From the IMG/VR virus record IMGVR_UViG_3300037692_000137, positions 160,001 to 224,000 of that record: a stretch of 64,000 nt of DNA. One strand, 5' to 3'. Below are positions 47,212 to 56,658 of this stretch, piece after piece. The translations under genes and the position numbers were made by a program. The notes under the pieces were generated by a model. It was not told the DNA's origin. It saw only the letters and a program-made list of their open reading frames with translations, and did not search any database. The DNA comes from a virus (Duplodnaviria; Caudoviricetes). Position 1 is the first letter of the stretch. Every line of letters begins with the position of its first letter.

Positions 47212-48162
47212 ATGGATATTTATGAAAGAATAACTACCAGGCTTGATGGCTTCTTCAAAAAAGGTATGAAGAGGCATTCCTTTGTTGACAAACAACAACA
47301 CCAGTTGGCCAGAATCAACGCCTCAAAGATTTCAAGGGCGCTTAACTCACTGCCGATGTACTTTGTTAACATCTACGATGAATTGGTAAGTCCTACATTT
47401 AGGGAACACGCTGCTAAAATATCCGAATACGTAAAGAAGAATAACATTACAGTTGATGAAGTATATGCCGCGTTTAGGGCCCCTTACAATGATTTTGTTC
47501 TTTGCGATGGCGTGGACCTTTATATCGTAAATAGTCCCGCTAATCTTGTACTTAACATGTTGGTGTTTACACCATATCGTGATGAAGGGCGCCCTTATTT
47601 TGGTCTATATATTGAGGCCAATCTTAATACCGATATGTGGAAGGTAAAAGATATGGTGATGTTAACCCATAATGCGTTACTTCCTAAAAAGGCTGTTTCA
47701 AAAGTATCAGCTGCTGATATACGTAACATTTGTAACAGTCTTGACATTGAGAAGCTAACAGATATGTTTACTCGTGTGGGCCGGGTCATTCATAATTTTG
47801 TAATTTGTTCTGTATTTAGTAAGTTTGAAGGCGAGTATACCGATATTAAGAAGGTTACTCCTGGTGTTAAGCCTATTAGTAGTAGGCCTAATGTATTCAG
47901 AGAAATAGATATTAACCTCAACCATACAAAGTTTATTATGAACCGCAAAGCACAACGTAAGGGGCATAAACTTCAGTATCAAAGTGCTATGCCCAGGATG
48001 TTGAAGTACATGCGGCACGAGCGGTATAGCCAGAATGGGACACTTCCTATACAGTACGACATTCAAGGTAAGCCATACTACTACACTGTTGAGGTTGATC
48101 CGTTTACCAGAGGAAAAGAACTTCCTCGGAAAGAAGACAGTATCAAATACAAAGTCGGTTAG
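47212..48162 (+). CDS. Hypothetical protein (~316 aa)
   Basis: GGAGGT RBS; long ORF. Confidence 0.7.
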   Translation: MDIYERITTRLDGFFKKGMKRHSFVDKQQHQLARINASKISRALNSLPMYFVNIYDELVSPTFREHAAKISEYVKKNNITVDEVYAAFRAPYNDFVLCDGVDLYIVNSPANLVLNMLVFTPYRDEGRPYFGLYIEANLNTDMWKVKDMVMLTHNALLPKKAVSKVSAADIRNICNSLDIEKLTDMFTRVGRVIHNFVICSVFSKFEGEYTDIKKVTPGVKPISSRPNVFREIDINLNHTKFIMNRKAQRKGHKLQYQSAMPRMLKYMRHERYSQNGTLPIQYDIQGKPYYYTVEVDPFTRGKELPRKEDSIKYKVG

Positions 48163-48181
48163 CCCTTAAAGGAGGTGCGTT

Positions 48182-48346
48182 ATGAAGATGAAGTATACAG
48201 TAATAGTCGAGAGCTCTACGTATAGGCTGGAAATCGAAGTTAATAAACTGCTTGCCGAGGGGTGGGTACTCCAAGGAGGAGTATCTACGACTACTTTGGA
48301 GGGCGGGACTCATTGTGCTCAGGCACTCGTGCTGATTGAGAAGTAA
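48182..48346 (+). CDS. DUF1737-like small protein (below cutoff)
   Basis: LEIEVNKLLAEGWVLQGGVS...AQAL; AGGAGG RBS. Confidence 0.65.
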   Translation: MKMKYTVIVESSTYRLEIEVNKLLAEGWVLQGGVSTTTLEGGTHCAQALVLIEK

Positions 48347-48387
48347 TAAGTGGTGGCGTCAATTGGTTCTTTTAAAGGAGGTTAACC

Positions 48388-48633
48388 ATGAACGGACACT
48401 TTTTGACTGGTATGTATTCTGGACACCTGGGAAATATCCAGGTAGCAGTCGTTGAGGGTAAATGGATGTACAGAAAGGTTAAGACTAGGGCAGCTCCTGA
48501 TAAATATCTTCCTATGACTGAGTACGTCTGGGAGCGCTGCTGGCCTATCACTGAAGTAAAGTTGTTAAGGAAGCTGTATAGGACAACGGATGTCCTCTAC
48601 AAAGAGAAGAAGGCTCGTGAGGTTGGAGCATAA
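48388..48633 (+). CDS. Hypothetical protein
   Basis: AAGGAGG RBS. Confidence 0.6.
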   Translation: MNGHFLTGMYSGHLGNIQVAVVEGKWMYRKVKTRAAPDKYLPMTEYVWERCWPITEVKLLRKLYRTTDVLYKEKKAREVGA

Positions 48634-48645
48634 CCGTACCACAAT

Positions 48646-48683
48646 GGGGAAAGGGCACTAGCTGCCTTTTCCCCCGTTTTTTT
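48646..48683 (+). terminator. Intrinsic terminator
   Basis: GGGGAAAGGGCA-CTAGC-TGCCTTTTCCCC stem followed by a T7 run. Confidence 0.75.
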
Positions 48684-49058
48684 GAGGGGTAGTGTTACGA
48701 GAGCCACACCTCTTCTATCTGCTTGAGGGTGTAGATAGTTAACCCAAAACTCTTATTAACCTTGTTCATATCAGGAGGTATGGACGTATGTCTGAAATGA
48801 CAAAAGATATTTGGTATTAGGTTATGGGTAGGCTTTGCCCCCATATGGGGGCGCGCCATTGTGCGCACAAAAGACATGCCCGTAACAGCTCCTTAAATTC
48901 CACCGGTTTCCTATGGAGGCATTGCCCTTGTGGGAACCCCGAGACCTCGGAAGAAGCAACCAGGTTTGAAAGAGTCCATGGTATGGGCCGGCCCCTAATT
49001 GGTACTGCCTTGGACAGACCATTACATTCAACTCATTGGCATAAAGGAGGTGGTTCAA

Positions 49059-49433
49059 ATGCCATTCTACACTGCGCGTATTAATTATAGTGGTGCTGAC
49101 AGATTAGACATCACTGCTGCTGGACAACACCCGATAGGTAAGATATTTGCTCCTACTTGGGAAATTGTTAAAATGTGGCAAAACGCAAAAAAGTTGACTG
49201 AAAAAACTGGAGACCCCCGTATATTAGCTAAGGCAGAAGATTATTATAGAGAACAATATAAAGAGCAGATGCGAGCCAGTATACACAACAACGGAGGTAC
49301 GTGGATTCAAGTACTTTCACAACCAACAGTTACCTTTGTTTGCTACTGCCCATCAGGGACATTCTGCCATAGGTATCAACTTATGGAAATTCTAACAAAA
49401 GAGTTAGGCGCCATCTACATAGGCGAACGCTAA
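49059..49433 (+). CDS. DUF488-like protein
   Basis: FAPTWEIV...VTFVCYCPSGTFCHRYQL motif. Confidence 0.65.
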   Translation: MPFYTARINYSGADRLDITAAGQHPIGKIFAPTWEIVKMWQNAKKLTEKTGDPRILAKAEDYYREQYKEQMRASIHNNGGTWIQVLSQPTVTFVCYCPSGTFCHRYQLMEILTKELGAIYIGER

Positions 49434-49615
49434 CTACTTGGCCGTTTGGCGACGCAAGCCATCCCCTTGCATCCGCTGGCCAAGTCTCTACAAATTCCAT
49501 GTAATATATTCACGAAGTACTGCTGATGAAGACACAATTTTTCCCGTATTGTGGAGAGCCATTATGGTATCTACCACTTCAACTCAACTTAACCCAAGAT
49601 TAAAGGAGAAACACC

Positions 49616-49828
49616 ATGCCGACATACAAAAGAAAATTGGGCAAAAGAGATTATAAAGAGTTGTTATTAACCCAGGAAGAGGCCAGTAGCGTGGACCTTA
49701 TGGAGAGTATATACAACAACGTACCGACATGTGGCGGGCAGTGGCAACACGAGGAGGAAAGCACATGGCGGCCCTCATGCCGTAGGAAAAATGACAGGCA
49801 ATTAAGTCTTGACAAACTTTTCAGGTAG
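49616..49828 (+). CDS. Hypothetical protein
   Basis: AAGGAG RBS. Confidence 0.5.
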   Translation: MPTYKRKLGKRDYKELLLTQEEASSVDLMESIYNNVPTCGGQWQHEEESTWRPSCRRKNDRQLSLDKLFR

Positions 49829-49854
49829 TGGTAGTGGTAGTAGGTAGTAACACC

Positions 49855-49880
49855 GGTAGTGTTTTTTCCCGCTTCGCGGA
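49855..49880. repeat. 26-bp exact repeat, copy 1 (copy 2 at 51866..51891)
   Basis: GGTAGTGTTTTTTCCCGCTTCGCGGA. Confidence 0.9.
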
Positions 49881-49930
49881 GGGGCTGGCGTATTGTCAGT
49901 CCCATAACCATACTCTTATAGGAGAACAAC

Positions 49931-51586
49931 ATGTTTACACTCAACGAAGATGCTGCTTTGGCTATGGAAAAAGCCGAGCAAGCACAACAAAAACGTGCGC
50001 AAGAAGAAGCCGAAGCTATTGCTGCGCAACAGAGGAGAGCAGCTGCTGAGGCACAAGCAGCCGCCGAGGAGGCCAAGTGGGGCAAGAACCGGCTGATCAT
50101 TTGTGCAGGTGAGTTAGCCATCAACGGGGTACAGCTGCTGCCGGCGAAACTGATAGGTGTTATCCAGGAAATCTGGAAAATGACCAACAAACCATTCTTG
50201 GGTAGCACATCCTTTACCAGGGATATCCTCACGGACGCTGTCTCAAACAGCAAACTTACCGGAGTCTATGACGCCACCACCAAGTCGGTTGTAATCAGCC
50301 TGCACCAACTTTGGGAAGACTGTACCAAACCTGAATGCCTCCAACGTATGGGTATGGCAGAACAGGTGTGGGCAACCCTGCTTCAAGTGGTATCTCATGA
50401 GATTGTACACGCTGTTGAGCCAGAAGAGCGCGCCTGTGAAGTACGTGCCAAGGACATCATTACCACTTTGGCACAAAAGTTCGACCTCGAATGTCCGGCC
50501 ATCGTCGACATGGGTTGGTTCGCCCCCAAACTGGATGAGTGGTATGCCAGCATCGAGAACAGTGATGAGGAACTCCACAAGCTCCAGAGGCAGATGCGTA
50601 TGGAGGGTGTTCCTTATATCTTCGCCAGCGGGAAAAGGCTGAGCAGCATGAGACAGTGGTTCAGACTGTATCACGTTGAGAGGCGTGAAGAAACCGCATG
50701 GGATGAGGCAGTTAGTTCACTCATTCTTCAAGGCGCACAGCCCACACCTCCGGCCAATCCGCACGTAACCAACGCGGCAGCAACCACAATAGCAGAGGCA
50801 GCAATGACCATGGGAACCTATGAGATGCCTAAGATGCCTGGAGTGCCTGCGGCCGAAACAACAGCTGCCGGTCTTAATGACCTGAGAGCACAGATGGCTG
50901 CGCTGGGAGTTCCGTTCGGTGATGGCTGCTCGACGGTGACTGAGGAAGGTTACGATGCTTCCGCACAGATGCCCGGTGAGCTTAACTTCGGTGAAACACC
51001 CAACTATCAGCCGGCAGCACAGCAGGGACAGCAGAAACAGTACAGTGGCCCTGCTCCCTGGGCAATGCCAAGCAGCATCCCACCTCAGCCCCTCGAAGCA
51101 CCTATTGATGAGCTGAGAACGTACACTAGGGAAGTCATGATTCGTGCGTTCATGGCCATATTCGGCTACTGTGGATGGAATGGGCAGGGTGGGTACAGTG
51201 ACCCTGACTTCGTGGCCAGAACCCCAATCAATGTAACCGACATCCCACATGTCAACAACATCCTTCTGGGACTCGACACGGTGGTAGACAAGCGTAAAGT
51301 CTACGACCAGCCGACCCAAGGTATCATTCGAGGGTTTGTTGGCAAAGCAGCCAAGATGCCGCAGTATTCGTTACATATTAACCATGGGAGTAAGGTAGTT
51401 AGGTACTCCTTGATGCCGCAAAATCCGGAGCGGCCTGGACCTCGTGGGCAGGAAGCGAAAGCCGGAGCGATGTTCGGCTGGGTTACTATGCCGGGTGAAG
51501 GAGACAAGAGTGTCTACGTAGCCAAGATATCCTGCCCCTCTGGTGTAGTAAATCGTGCAAACATGGTCTTTGAAAAACTGGTGTAG
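49931..51586 (+). CDS. 551-aa protein with HExxH zincin-like motif
   Basis: VSHEIVH...EERAC; AGGAG RBS; relatively GC-rich. Confidence 0.7.
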   Translation: MFTLNEDAALAMEKAEQAQQKRAQEEAEAIAAQQRRAAAEAQAAAEEAKWGKNRLIICAGELAINGVQLLPAKLIGVIQEIWKMTNKPFLGSTSFTRDILTDAVSNSKLTGVYDATTKSVVISLHQLWEDCTKPECLQRMGMAEQVWATLLQVVSHEIVHAVEPEERACEVRAKDIITTLAQKFDLECPAIVDMGWFAPKLDEWYASIENSDEELHKLQRQMRMEGVPYIFASGKRLSSMRQWFRLYHVERREETAWDEAVSSLILQGAQPTPPANPHVTNAAATTIAEAAMTMGTYEMPKMPGVPAAETTAAGLNDLRAQMAALGVPFGDGCSTVTEEGYDASAQMPGELNFGETPNYQPAAQQGQQKQYSGPAPWAMPSSIPPQPLEAPIDELRTYTREVMIRAFMAIFGYCGWNGQGGYSDPDFVARTPINVTDIPHVNNILLGLDTVVDKRKVYDQPTQGIIRGFVGKAAKMPQYSLHINHGSKVVRYSLMPQNPERPGPRGQEAKAGAMFGWVTMPGEGDKSVYVAKISCPSGVVNRANMVFEKLV

Positions 51587-51588
51587 CC

Positions 51589-51870
51589 ATGGCACCATAC
51601 AGGGGTATGATTGAAGCCATTACCTCCAGTGAGTTTCGTATACAGCTCATTGGGGGTAACCCTGTAACATTCCCATATGATAACAAGTATGCGCATATGC
51701 GTAAATATGAAATCATCTGGGTATATATCTATCACGGCGTAGTAACCGAGCTCCATACGTTAGAGTGTGTAGAACGTAAGAGCAAGGTGCGCCATAGACC
51801 ACCACCAATGTCGCTGGAGATGTTGGAAGTGGAAGCAGGGGACTGTTTCGAAGAGGGTATTGTTTGGTAG
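51589..51870 (+). CDS. Hypothetical protein
   Basis: Follows the previous stop closely. Confidence 0.45.
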   Translation: MAPYRGMIEAITSSEFRIQLIGGNPVTFPYDNKYAHMRKYEIIWVYIYHGVVTELHTLECVERKSKVRHRPPPMSLEMLEVEAGDCFEEGIVW

Positions 51871-51891
51871 TGTTTTTTCCCGCTTCGCGGA
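51866..51891. repeat. 26-bp exact repeat, copy 2
   Basis: Identical to 49855..49880. Confidence 0.9.
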
Positions 51892-51969
51892 TAGTGTAGT
51901 GGTAGTTAGTAGTGTGGAGGTGCATTTAGCACCAAACAATTAATAATCTTTTTATTATGAGGTATTACA

Positions 51970-52995
51970 ATGATCGGACGCAAAACAACTGACGTATTTG
52001 GCACAATCGTACCCGCAACCCTTGGTTGGAACGCTGGTCAGCCAGTGAAACACGCATTGATTGGCGGTGTTCTTACTCCGCCGTGTATGAAAAATGGAGT
52101 GCGGCAGAAAGAGCGCGTGACCTTTGATGTACTGATCAACGACAATAGCGAGGCAGGTTATTCCATCACTCGTTGTGTAGCATGGAGTAGTGCTGAAGCT
52201 GAGTCTGGAAAAGGCTTCGCGGCGAAACTGGCGCGGATGCTCGTACCTGGACGTTATATCTGTCTCTTCGGAGCTACCATTAGCTCAAACAAGGTGGCAG
52301 TCCTGAATAACGACGCTACCCCGGTGCTTCATAACGGCACGCAATATTTCCGTACATTTGATTCAGTGGTAGTACAGCCAGGTGGGAATATTATCATAAA
52401 CCGTGATTCTCTGGAAACGCAGGCAGCTATGGCGAGGCACTATAACAAGGCCAAAACCTTCGCCGGTAATTCCTGGGACTTCTTCCATCGTCCGCTGTCC
52501 GTCTACTGCGACCAGAATGGAGAAGTCCATTTCATGTCCGACGCTACGAAAGCCGAGCTGGAAGCCACCAACAAATGTCGTAATAGCATTCCGTTGTTCA
52601 CGGGTATGCAGACTTATGGGTTCTGTACAGTACGCCTGCCTGAGGGTGCCCTGCCGGTATATCCGCGGAGCAATGAGTACGACGCATGGCTGGCACGGTA
52701 TAAAGCTGCTGGTATTCTCGATGCTAACGGTCTTCCGATGCTGACACCTGGACAGCAGAACGTTGCTACTCCGGCTGCTGGTCTTCAGATGCCAACCATG
52801 GGTGGGACTACCACCATGCCGCAGATGCCAGGTATGCCTGGTACGACCACCACACCGGCAAGTACGGCCAATGCAACGGCCTCAGCACTGGGAATCGATG
52901 CGAACATGCTGAAACTGCTTCAGGCTGCGCTGGCTGGTCAAGGGCATAGTACTGAGGCTAGTGCCGGCGGTGAAATGCCGACTGTTATGATTTAA
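51970..52995 (+). CDS. Divergent SSB-like OB-fold protein with low-complexity tail
   Basis: VTFDVLIND...RCVAWS...LARMLVPGRYICLFG resembles the SSB pattern; P/G/T/M-rich tail. Confidence 0.45.
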   Translation: MIGRKTTDVFGTIVPATLGWNAGQPVKHALIGGVLTPPCMKNGVRQKERVTFDVLINDNSEAGYSITRCVAWSSAEAESGKGFAAKLARMLVPGRYICLFGATISSNKVAVLNNDATPVLHNGTQYFRTFDSVVVQPGGNIIINRDSLETQAAMARHYNKAKTFAGNSWDFFHRPLSVYCDQNGEVHFMSDATKAELEATNKCRNSIPLFTGMQTYGFCTVRLPEGALPVYPRSNEYDAWLARYKAAGILDANGLPMLTPGQQNVATPAAGLQMPTMGGTTTMPQMPGMPGTTTTPASTANATASALGIDANMLKLLQAALAGQGHSTEASAGGEMPTVMI

Positions 52996-53042
52996 TAGTA
53001 CATAAGTGTAGTACCGCAGTAAAACAGCTTTGATACGGCTGA

Positions 53043-53079
53043 GGGGGAGAGGCAATCGTGCCTCTCCCCCGTTTTTTTT
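53043..53079 (+). terminator. Strong intrinsic terminator
   Basis: GGGGGAGAGGC-AATCGT-GCCTCTCCCCC followed by a T run. Confidence 0.9.
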
Positions 53080-53264
53080 CATACACATAAGGAGCTAACT
53101 TAATGCTGCTACTAATAGGTAGTAAAATCCCGAATTTTTTTAACATAGGACATATACTATACAAGAAGTACTTTTACTGCGCTGGGGCGCTAATGGTAGT
53201 GTATGGAACGAGTAACACATTTCATACACCGAAGTTAGTTTTACAGCCGGGGAAAGAAAGACGA

Positions 53265-53537
53265 CTATAGGACCGACTCTTCGTTCATACCTGCAGTTTT
53301 TTTCAATTCATTTTTACTGCGTGGCTTTCTTGCTAGCAGTTCATCTTTATATGCCATAGAATGTTCTACTATATTAGAAATACTTACTGTACCAAGTAGC
53401 TGATGTACAATAATGTCTACCACTCTACCAACTCCAACTTTGTTGCCCGTTTCTTTTTCTATAAACTTACTTAACATATATAAATTAGCTAAGGTAGTGT
53501 CAAGTAACCTAAGTGTAATATCTTTTTTATCTAACAT
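53265..53537 (-). CDS. Ribbon-helix-helix-like DNA-binding protein
   Basis: N-terminal strand DITLRL then two helices; AGGAG RBS. Confidence 0.55.
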   Translation of the reverse strand: MLDKKDITLRLLDTTLANLYMLSKFIEKETGNKVGVGRVVDIIVHQLLGTVSISNIVEHSMAYKDELLARKPRSKNELKKTAGMNEESVL

Positions 53538-53554
53538 AATTCTTCTCCTGTCGT

Positions 53555-53682
53555 TAAGTTAATACATTAACTTATAGAGATAAGTTAATACATTAATTTA
53601 TCTTTTATACTACACTACATTAATTTATCTTTTATACTACACTACATTAATTTATCTTTTATACTATACTACATTAATTTAT
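53555..53682. repeat. Five TACATTAAYTTAT repeats at 26-27 bp spacing
   Basis: Starts at 53563, 53589, 53616, 53643, 53670; palindrome TAAGTTAAT-AC-ATTAACTTA. Confidence 0.9.
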
Positions 53683-53711
53683 AGTATACTATATCATACC
53701 CTAACTGTCAA
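53683..53711 (-). promoter_or_regulatory. Sigma70-type promoter for the RHH-like gene
   Basis: TTGACA-17 nt-TATACT. Confidence 0.8.
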
Positions 53712-53722
53712 GAGGTAATCAA

Positions 53723-53911
53723 ATGAAAAAAGAGAAAAAAGCGTCTGTCAAACTGAATGTATACCCTATTATAGGTGGTATTCTCATTATATTGTCCTGG
53801 TTAATGGTCTGGTACCTAGCCATAGCCACTGGATTCATGGACTGGTCTATGAATGAGTACAACAAAATAGTCTCAACGCCCCCACAAGTGTCTGATTCTA
53901 AAACAAAATAG
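53723..53911 (+). CDS. Small membrane protein
   Basis: One TM segment; GAGG RBS. Confidence 0.55.
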   Translation: MKKEKKASVKLNVYPIIGGILIILSWLMVWYLAIATGFMDWSMNEYNKIVSTPPQVSDSKTK

Positions 53912-54185
53912 AATAACTCACGTATTTACCCGTTTCTTTTTCAACAAAATAGTAAAACAGACCTAAAAGGTCCCATATAAAGGAGCAATATAGTCTATTA
54001 TGCTAGTATATTGTTTTATACTCTATAGGGGTATAAATGGCACTAAAAATATAAGTAGTTAATATGCTTATCTATTTTATTTTGGGCGGCCTATAAAAGC
54101 CTAAAAGGGTATCGTTTTTACCCCTATAAACTATAAAATATTCGGCAAACAGCCCTACAACCCAATAAAACATATGAGGAGGTAA

Positions 54186-54386
54186 ATGACCCCTGTAATA
54201 TATAAAATACTATACAATAGTATACTACTATCTACCATGGTAAGCATTATCACAGGTATATGGTGTGTATACGATATGGATTCATTAACCAGGATTCTAT
54301 ATAAAGAGGTATCTAAACTATTCTTCGGCATAACCATAATTTCTGGCACGGCCCTAGGATTGATAAAGCTTTTAACTTCCACATAA
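54186..54386 (+). CDS. Small two-TM membrane protein
   Basis: GAGGAGG RBS. Confidence 0.55.
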   Translation: MTPVIYKILYNSILLSTMVSIITGIWCVYDMDSLTRILYKEVSKLFFGITIISGTALGLIKLLTST

Positions 54387-54399
54387 GGAGATATAAACA

Positions 54400-54687
54400 A
54401 TGAAGAAACATTTAAGAGATATCAATCAATTAAGAGCTTTAAACGGTGAAGAGTTACTAACCTGTATACCTGTACCAGAGCCTACCATGAAAGTAATAGC
54501 TAGTTTTGGGGAGTTAGTAAGAAGGGCTGCTGTTCTTGGTAAAGCAGAACAATCAGGGGATAAAGAAGCAATTGATAAAGCAAGAATAGCTCATAATGAA
54601 TATAAAGTGATATGCTTAAACGCAGATGAACTGACCACAGGGCTAACCTACGGTGAGTTGACACCGTCTGTAAAGCCACGTGAATAA
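54400..54687 (+). CDS. Hypothetical protein
   Basis: AAGGAG RBS. Confidence 0.6.
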   Translation: MKKHLRDINQLRALNGEELLTCIPVPEPTMKVIASFGELVRRAAVLGKAEQSGDKEAIDKARIAHNEYKVICLNADELTTGLTYGELTPSVKPRE

Positions 54688-55083
54688 AGGGTTTGCTTTA
54701 TGGCTAGTCTACTACAAGGCTATGTAGTACTATGTTATAGTATACTACTCTATCGATATTTTTTAATCGATTTCATCTATCGATAATTTTTTCGATATGT
54801 TGTGAGTGAGTGTTATCGACACCCTGAGAGCGTAATAACATAGTATAATATAGTGTAGTGTAAAGATAAAATAGAGTACCTATAATATAGAGTAGTGGAA
54901 AGGGGTGTAGTATGTAGCAGAGTAGTATAAAGATAATATAGTGTAGTATGAAGGTAACTATAAAGATAAAATAGAGTAGTGGTATGGTAAACTTGTGGTA
55001 TGGTAAACTTGCAATGTAGCAGAGTAGTATGAAGATAAAAAGATAAACTTGTGGTGCTGTAGCATAGTTTAAAGGAGGTTGCT

Positions 55084-55221
55084 ATGTGGAAAGACTTTTT
55101 GAATGGTAATTGGAAGACTAGAGTTTATATACTCCTTCTTATATTTACTATAGGAGTTATTTTCTCTATATTGCTTTTAATGGTGTTTTGTACTTTTTGT
55201 AATACTTTAAAGTGCCTGTAA
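55084..55221 (+). CDS. 45-aa membrane peptide (below cutoff)
   Basis: AAGGAGG RBS; hydrophobic. Confidence 0.5.
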   Translation: MWKDFLNGNWKTRVYILLLIFTIGVIFSILLLMVFCTFCNTLKCL

Positions 55222-55298
55222 TAATGCATGTTCTCGGCTGGCTCTTTTCTTAGCCCGCGGGCGTAAATTGTAGTATAACATAGTATAAGGAGAATAGT

Positions 55299-56078
55299 AT
55301 GAATAATAAGAAAATACACTATGAAAAATCAACGTGTTGTTCAGACACCAGAGAGCGAAAGCTACTCTATCATTATAATCCATTTCATGTAACGTGTGAG
55401 AAGTGCAAAGACCTTTTGAGGCCATATCTCTCACTGGCTGAAGGTGATACTGTTACTAACATTTATAAAAAGACTTCACTATTTGGCAAACGTGGTATTG
55501 TAAGTATACAAAAAGAAAATTTCTGTGTGGCTGTAACTTATGATACCGGATTTACCTATGTATACAACCCAATAGAAGTACATAGACACCTTAAACAAAG
55601 TAAAAAACCCCCTGTACACTACTGTATTCCTATCGCCAAGATGCCCCTTTTTGGACGGTCGGGAGAAAATGTTGTTCTTTGTGATAAAGATAGTACTATG
55701 TTTCTAGACCGTTCGCTGGAACATACAGAAGATGTAAACAAAGTAACGTGTACACACTGTATAAAAGTAATCAATACAGCTGAATTTAAAACCCTTATGG
55801 AGGAAAACACTGTGTCAGAAAACACAGTTGCTACACCTAATTACAGTGAACTTATGCTGTGTAAAGTAGACTATACAGGCAGGTATAGCTTGGTACTTAA
55901 CACCTTTGATGCTACCGCCATAGATGCAATGGTAGAATTTATGAAGACCGCTTGTCAATTAAATGCAATAGATATTGAAGAAATTTTTTCAGGAAAAATA
56001 ACAAATGGTTTTAAGCTGGTTATACTTAAACCTGTTACTATTAAAACAGTATGTACATATACTGTTGAGGAACTTTAA
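55299..56078 (+). CDS. Hypothetical protein with duplicated HY...VTCxxC motif
   Basis: IHY...VTCEKC and VHY...VTCTHC. Confidence 0.65.
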   Translation: MNNKKIHYEKSTCCSDTRERKLLYHYNPFHVTCEKCKDLLRPYLSLAEGDTVTNIYKKTSLFGKRGIVSIQKENFCVAVTYDTGFTYVYNPIEVHRHLKQSKKPPVHYCIPIAKMPLFGRSGENVVLCDKDSTMFLDRSLEHTEDVNKVTCTHCIKVINTAEFKTLMEENTVSENTVATPNYSELMLCKVDYTGRYSLVLNTFDATAIDAMVEFMKTACQLNAIDIEEIFSGKITNGFKLVILKPVTIKTVCTYTVEEL

Positions 56079-56079
56079 T

Positions 56080-56322
56080 ATGGTAATGCACTTTTTCAAA
56101 TATACACTTCTTCCGGCCGCGATACAAATTGCAGTTATGCTTACTGATATACTGATATTAGTTGCTATTACTGCTTTTACGTTACGTTGGGGTTTATCGG
56201 GTTTTATTATAGCTGTTTTACTTGCAATGCCTGGTGTACAAGCCACTGGCGGGTTTTTCTATTCTTGGAAACCCAGTGTAATTAAATCCTTTTTTGAGAA
56301 TTGGCGCATAGATATGCGTTAG
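56080..56322 (+). CDS. Membrane protein
   Basis: Hydrophobic; GAGGA RBS; start re-called. Confidence 0.55.
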   Translation: MVMHFFKYTLLPAAIQIAVMLTDILILVAITAFTLRWGLSGFIIAVLLAMPGVQATGGFFYSWKPSVIKSFFENWRIDMR

Positions 56323-56411
56323 ATGGTACGCTTACAGATGCTGAGTTTAGGGTGTTTGTATTGTGCTGGGAATAGAACAACCATGGAAACATTTAATATT
56401 GAGGAAGAAAA

Positions 56412-56624
56412 ATGAAACCGCCCAAACGAGCAAAAGTCAATAAGGTCAAGCGTCAGGAGGAACTTCAGGCACTTAAAACAGAGTTTGAGGAATTCAAAGC
56501 AATGACAAAAGCATTGCTGCATCTTGCTGACTTGGCATCTCAACCCCCTCATAATATAATTCAACCATCCCTTAACATTGTCAAGACACATAGAGTTCTT
56601 ATCAATAAATACAGCCTCTTATAA
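56412..56624 (+). CDS. Hypothetical protein
   Basis: GAGGA RBS. Confidence 0.5.
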   Translation: MKPPKRAKVNKVKRQEELQALKTEFEEFKAMTKALLHLADLASQPPHNIIQPSLNIVKTHRVLINKYSLL

Positions 56625-56658
56625 GCCTTTTGGCCGGCGAAAAACAAGGAGAATTACT

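Noticed and set aside
49447-49462. Second GEMM riboswitch (GACGCAAGCC)
   Set aside because: Lacks the GGCAAACC P2 arm and the 3' GGTTAC segment
53555-53682. Mini-CRISPR array
   Set aside because: The intervening sequences are short and near-identical; no unique spacers or cas genes
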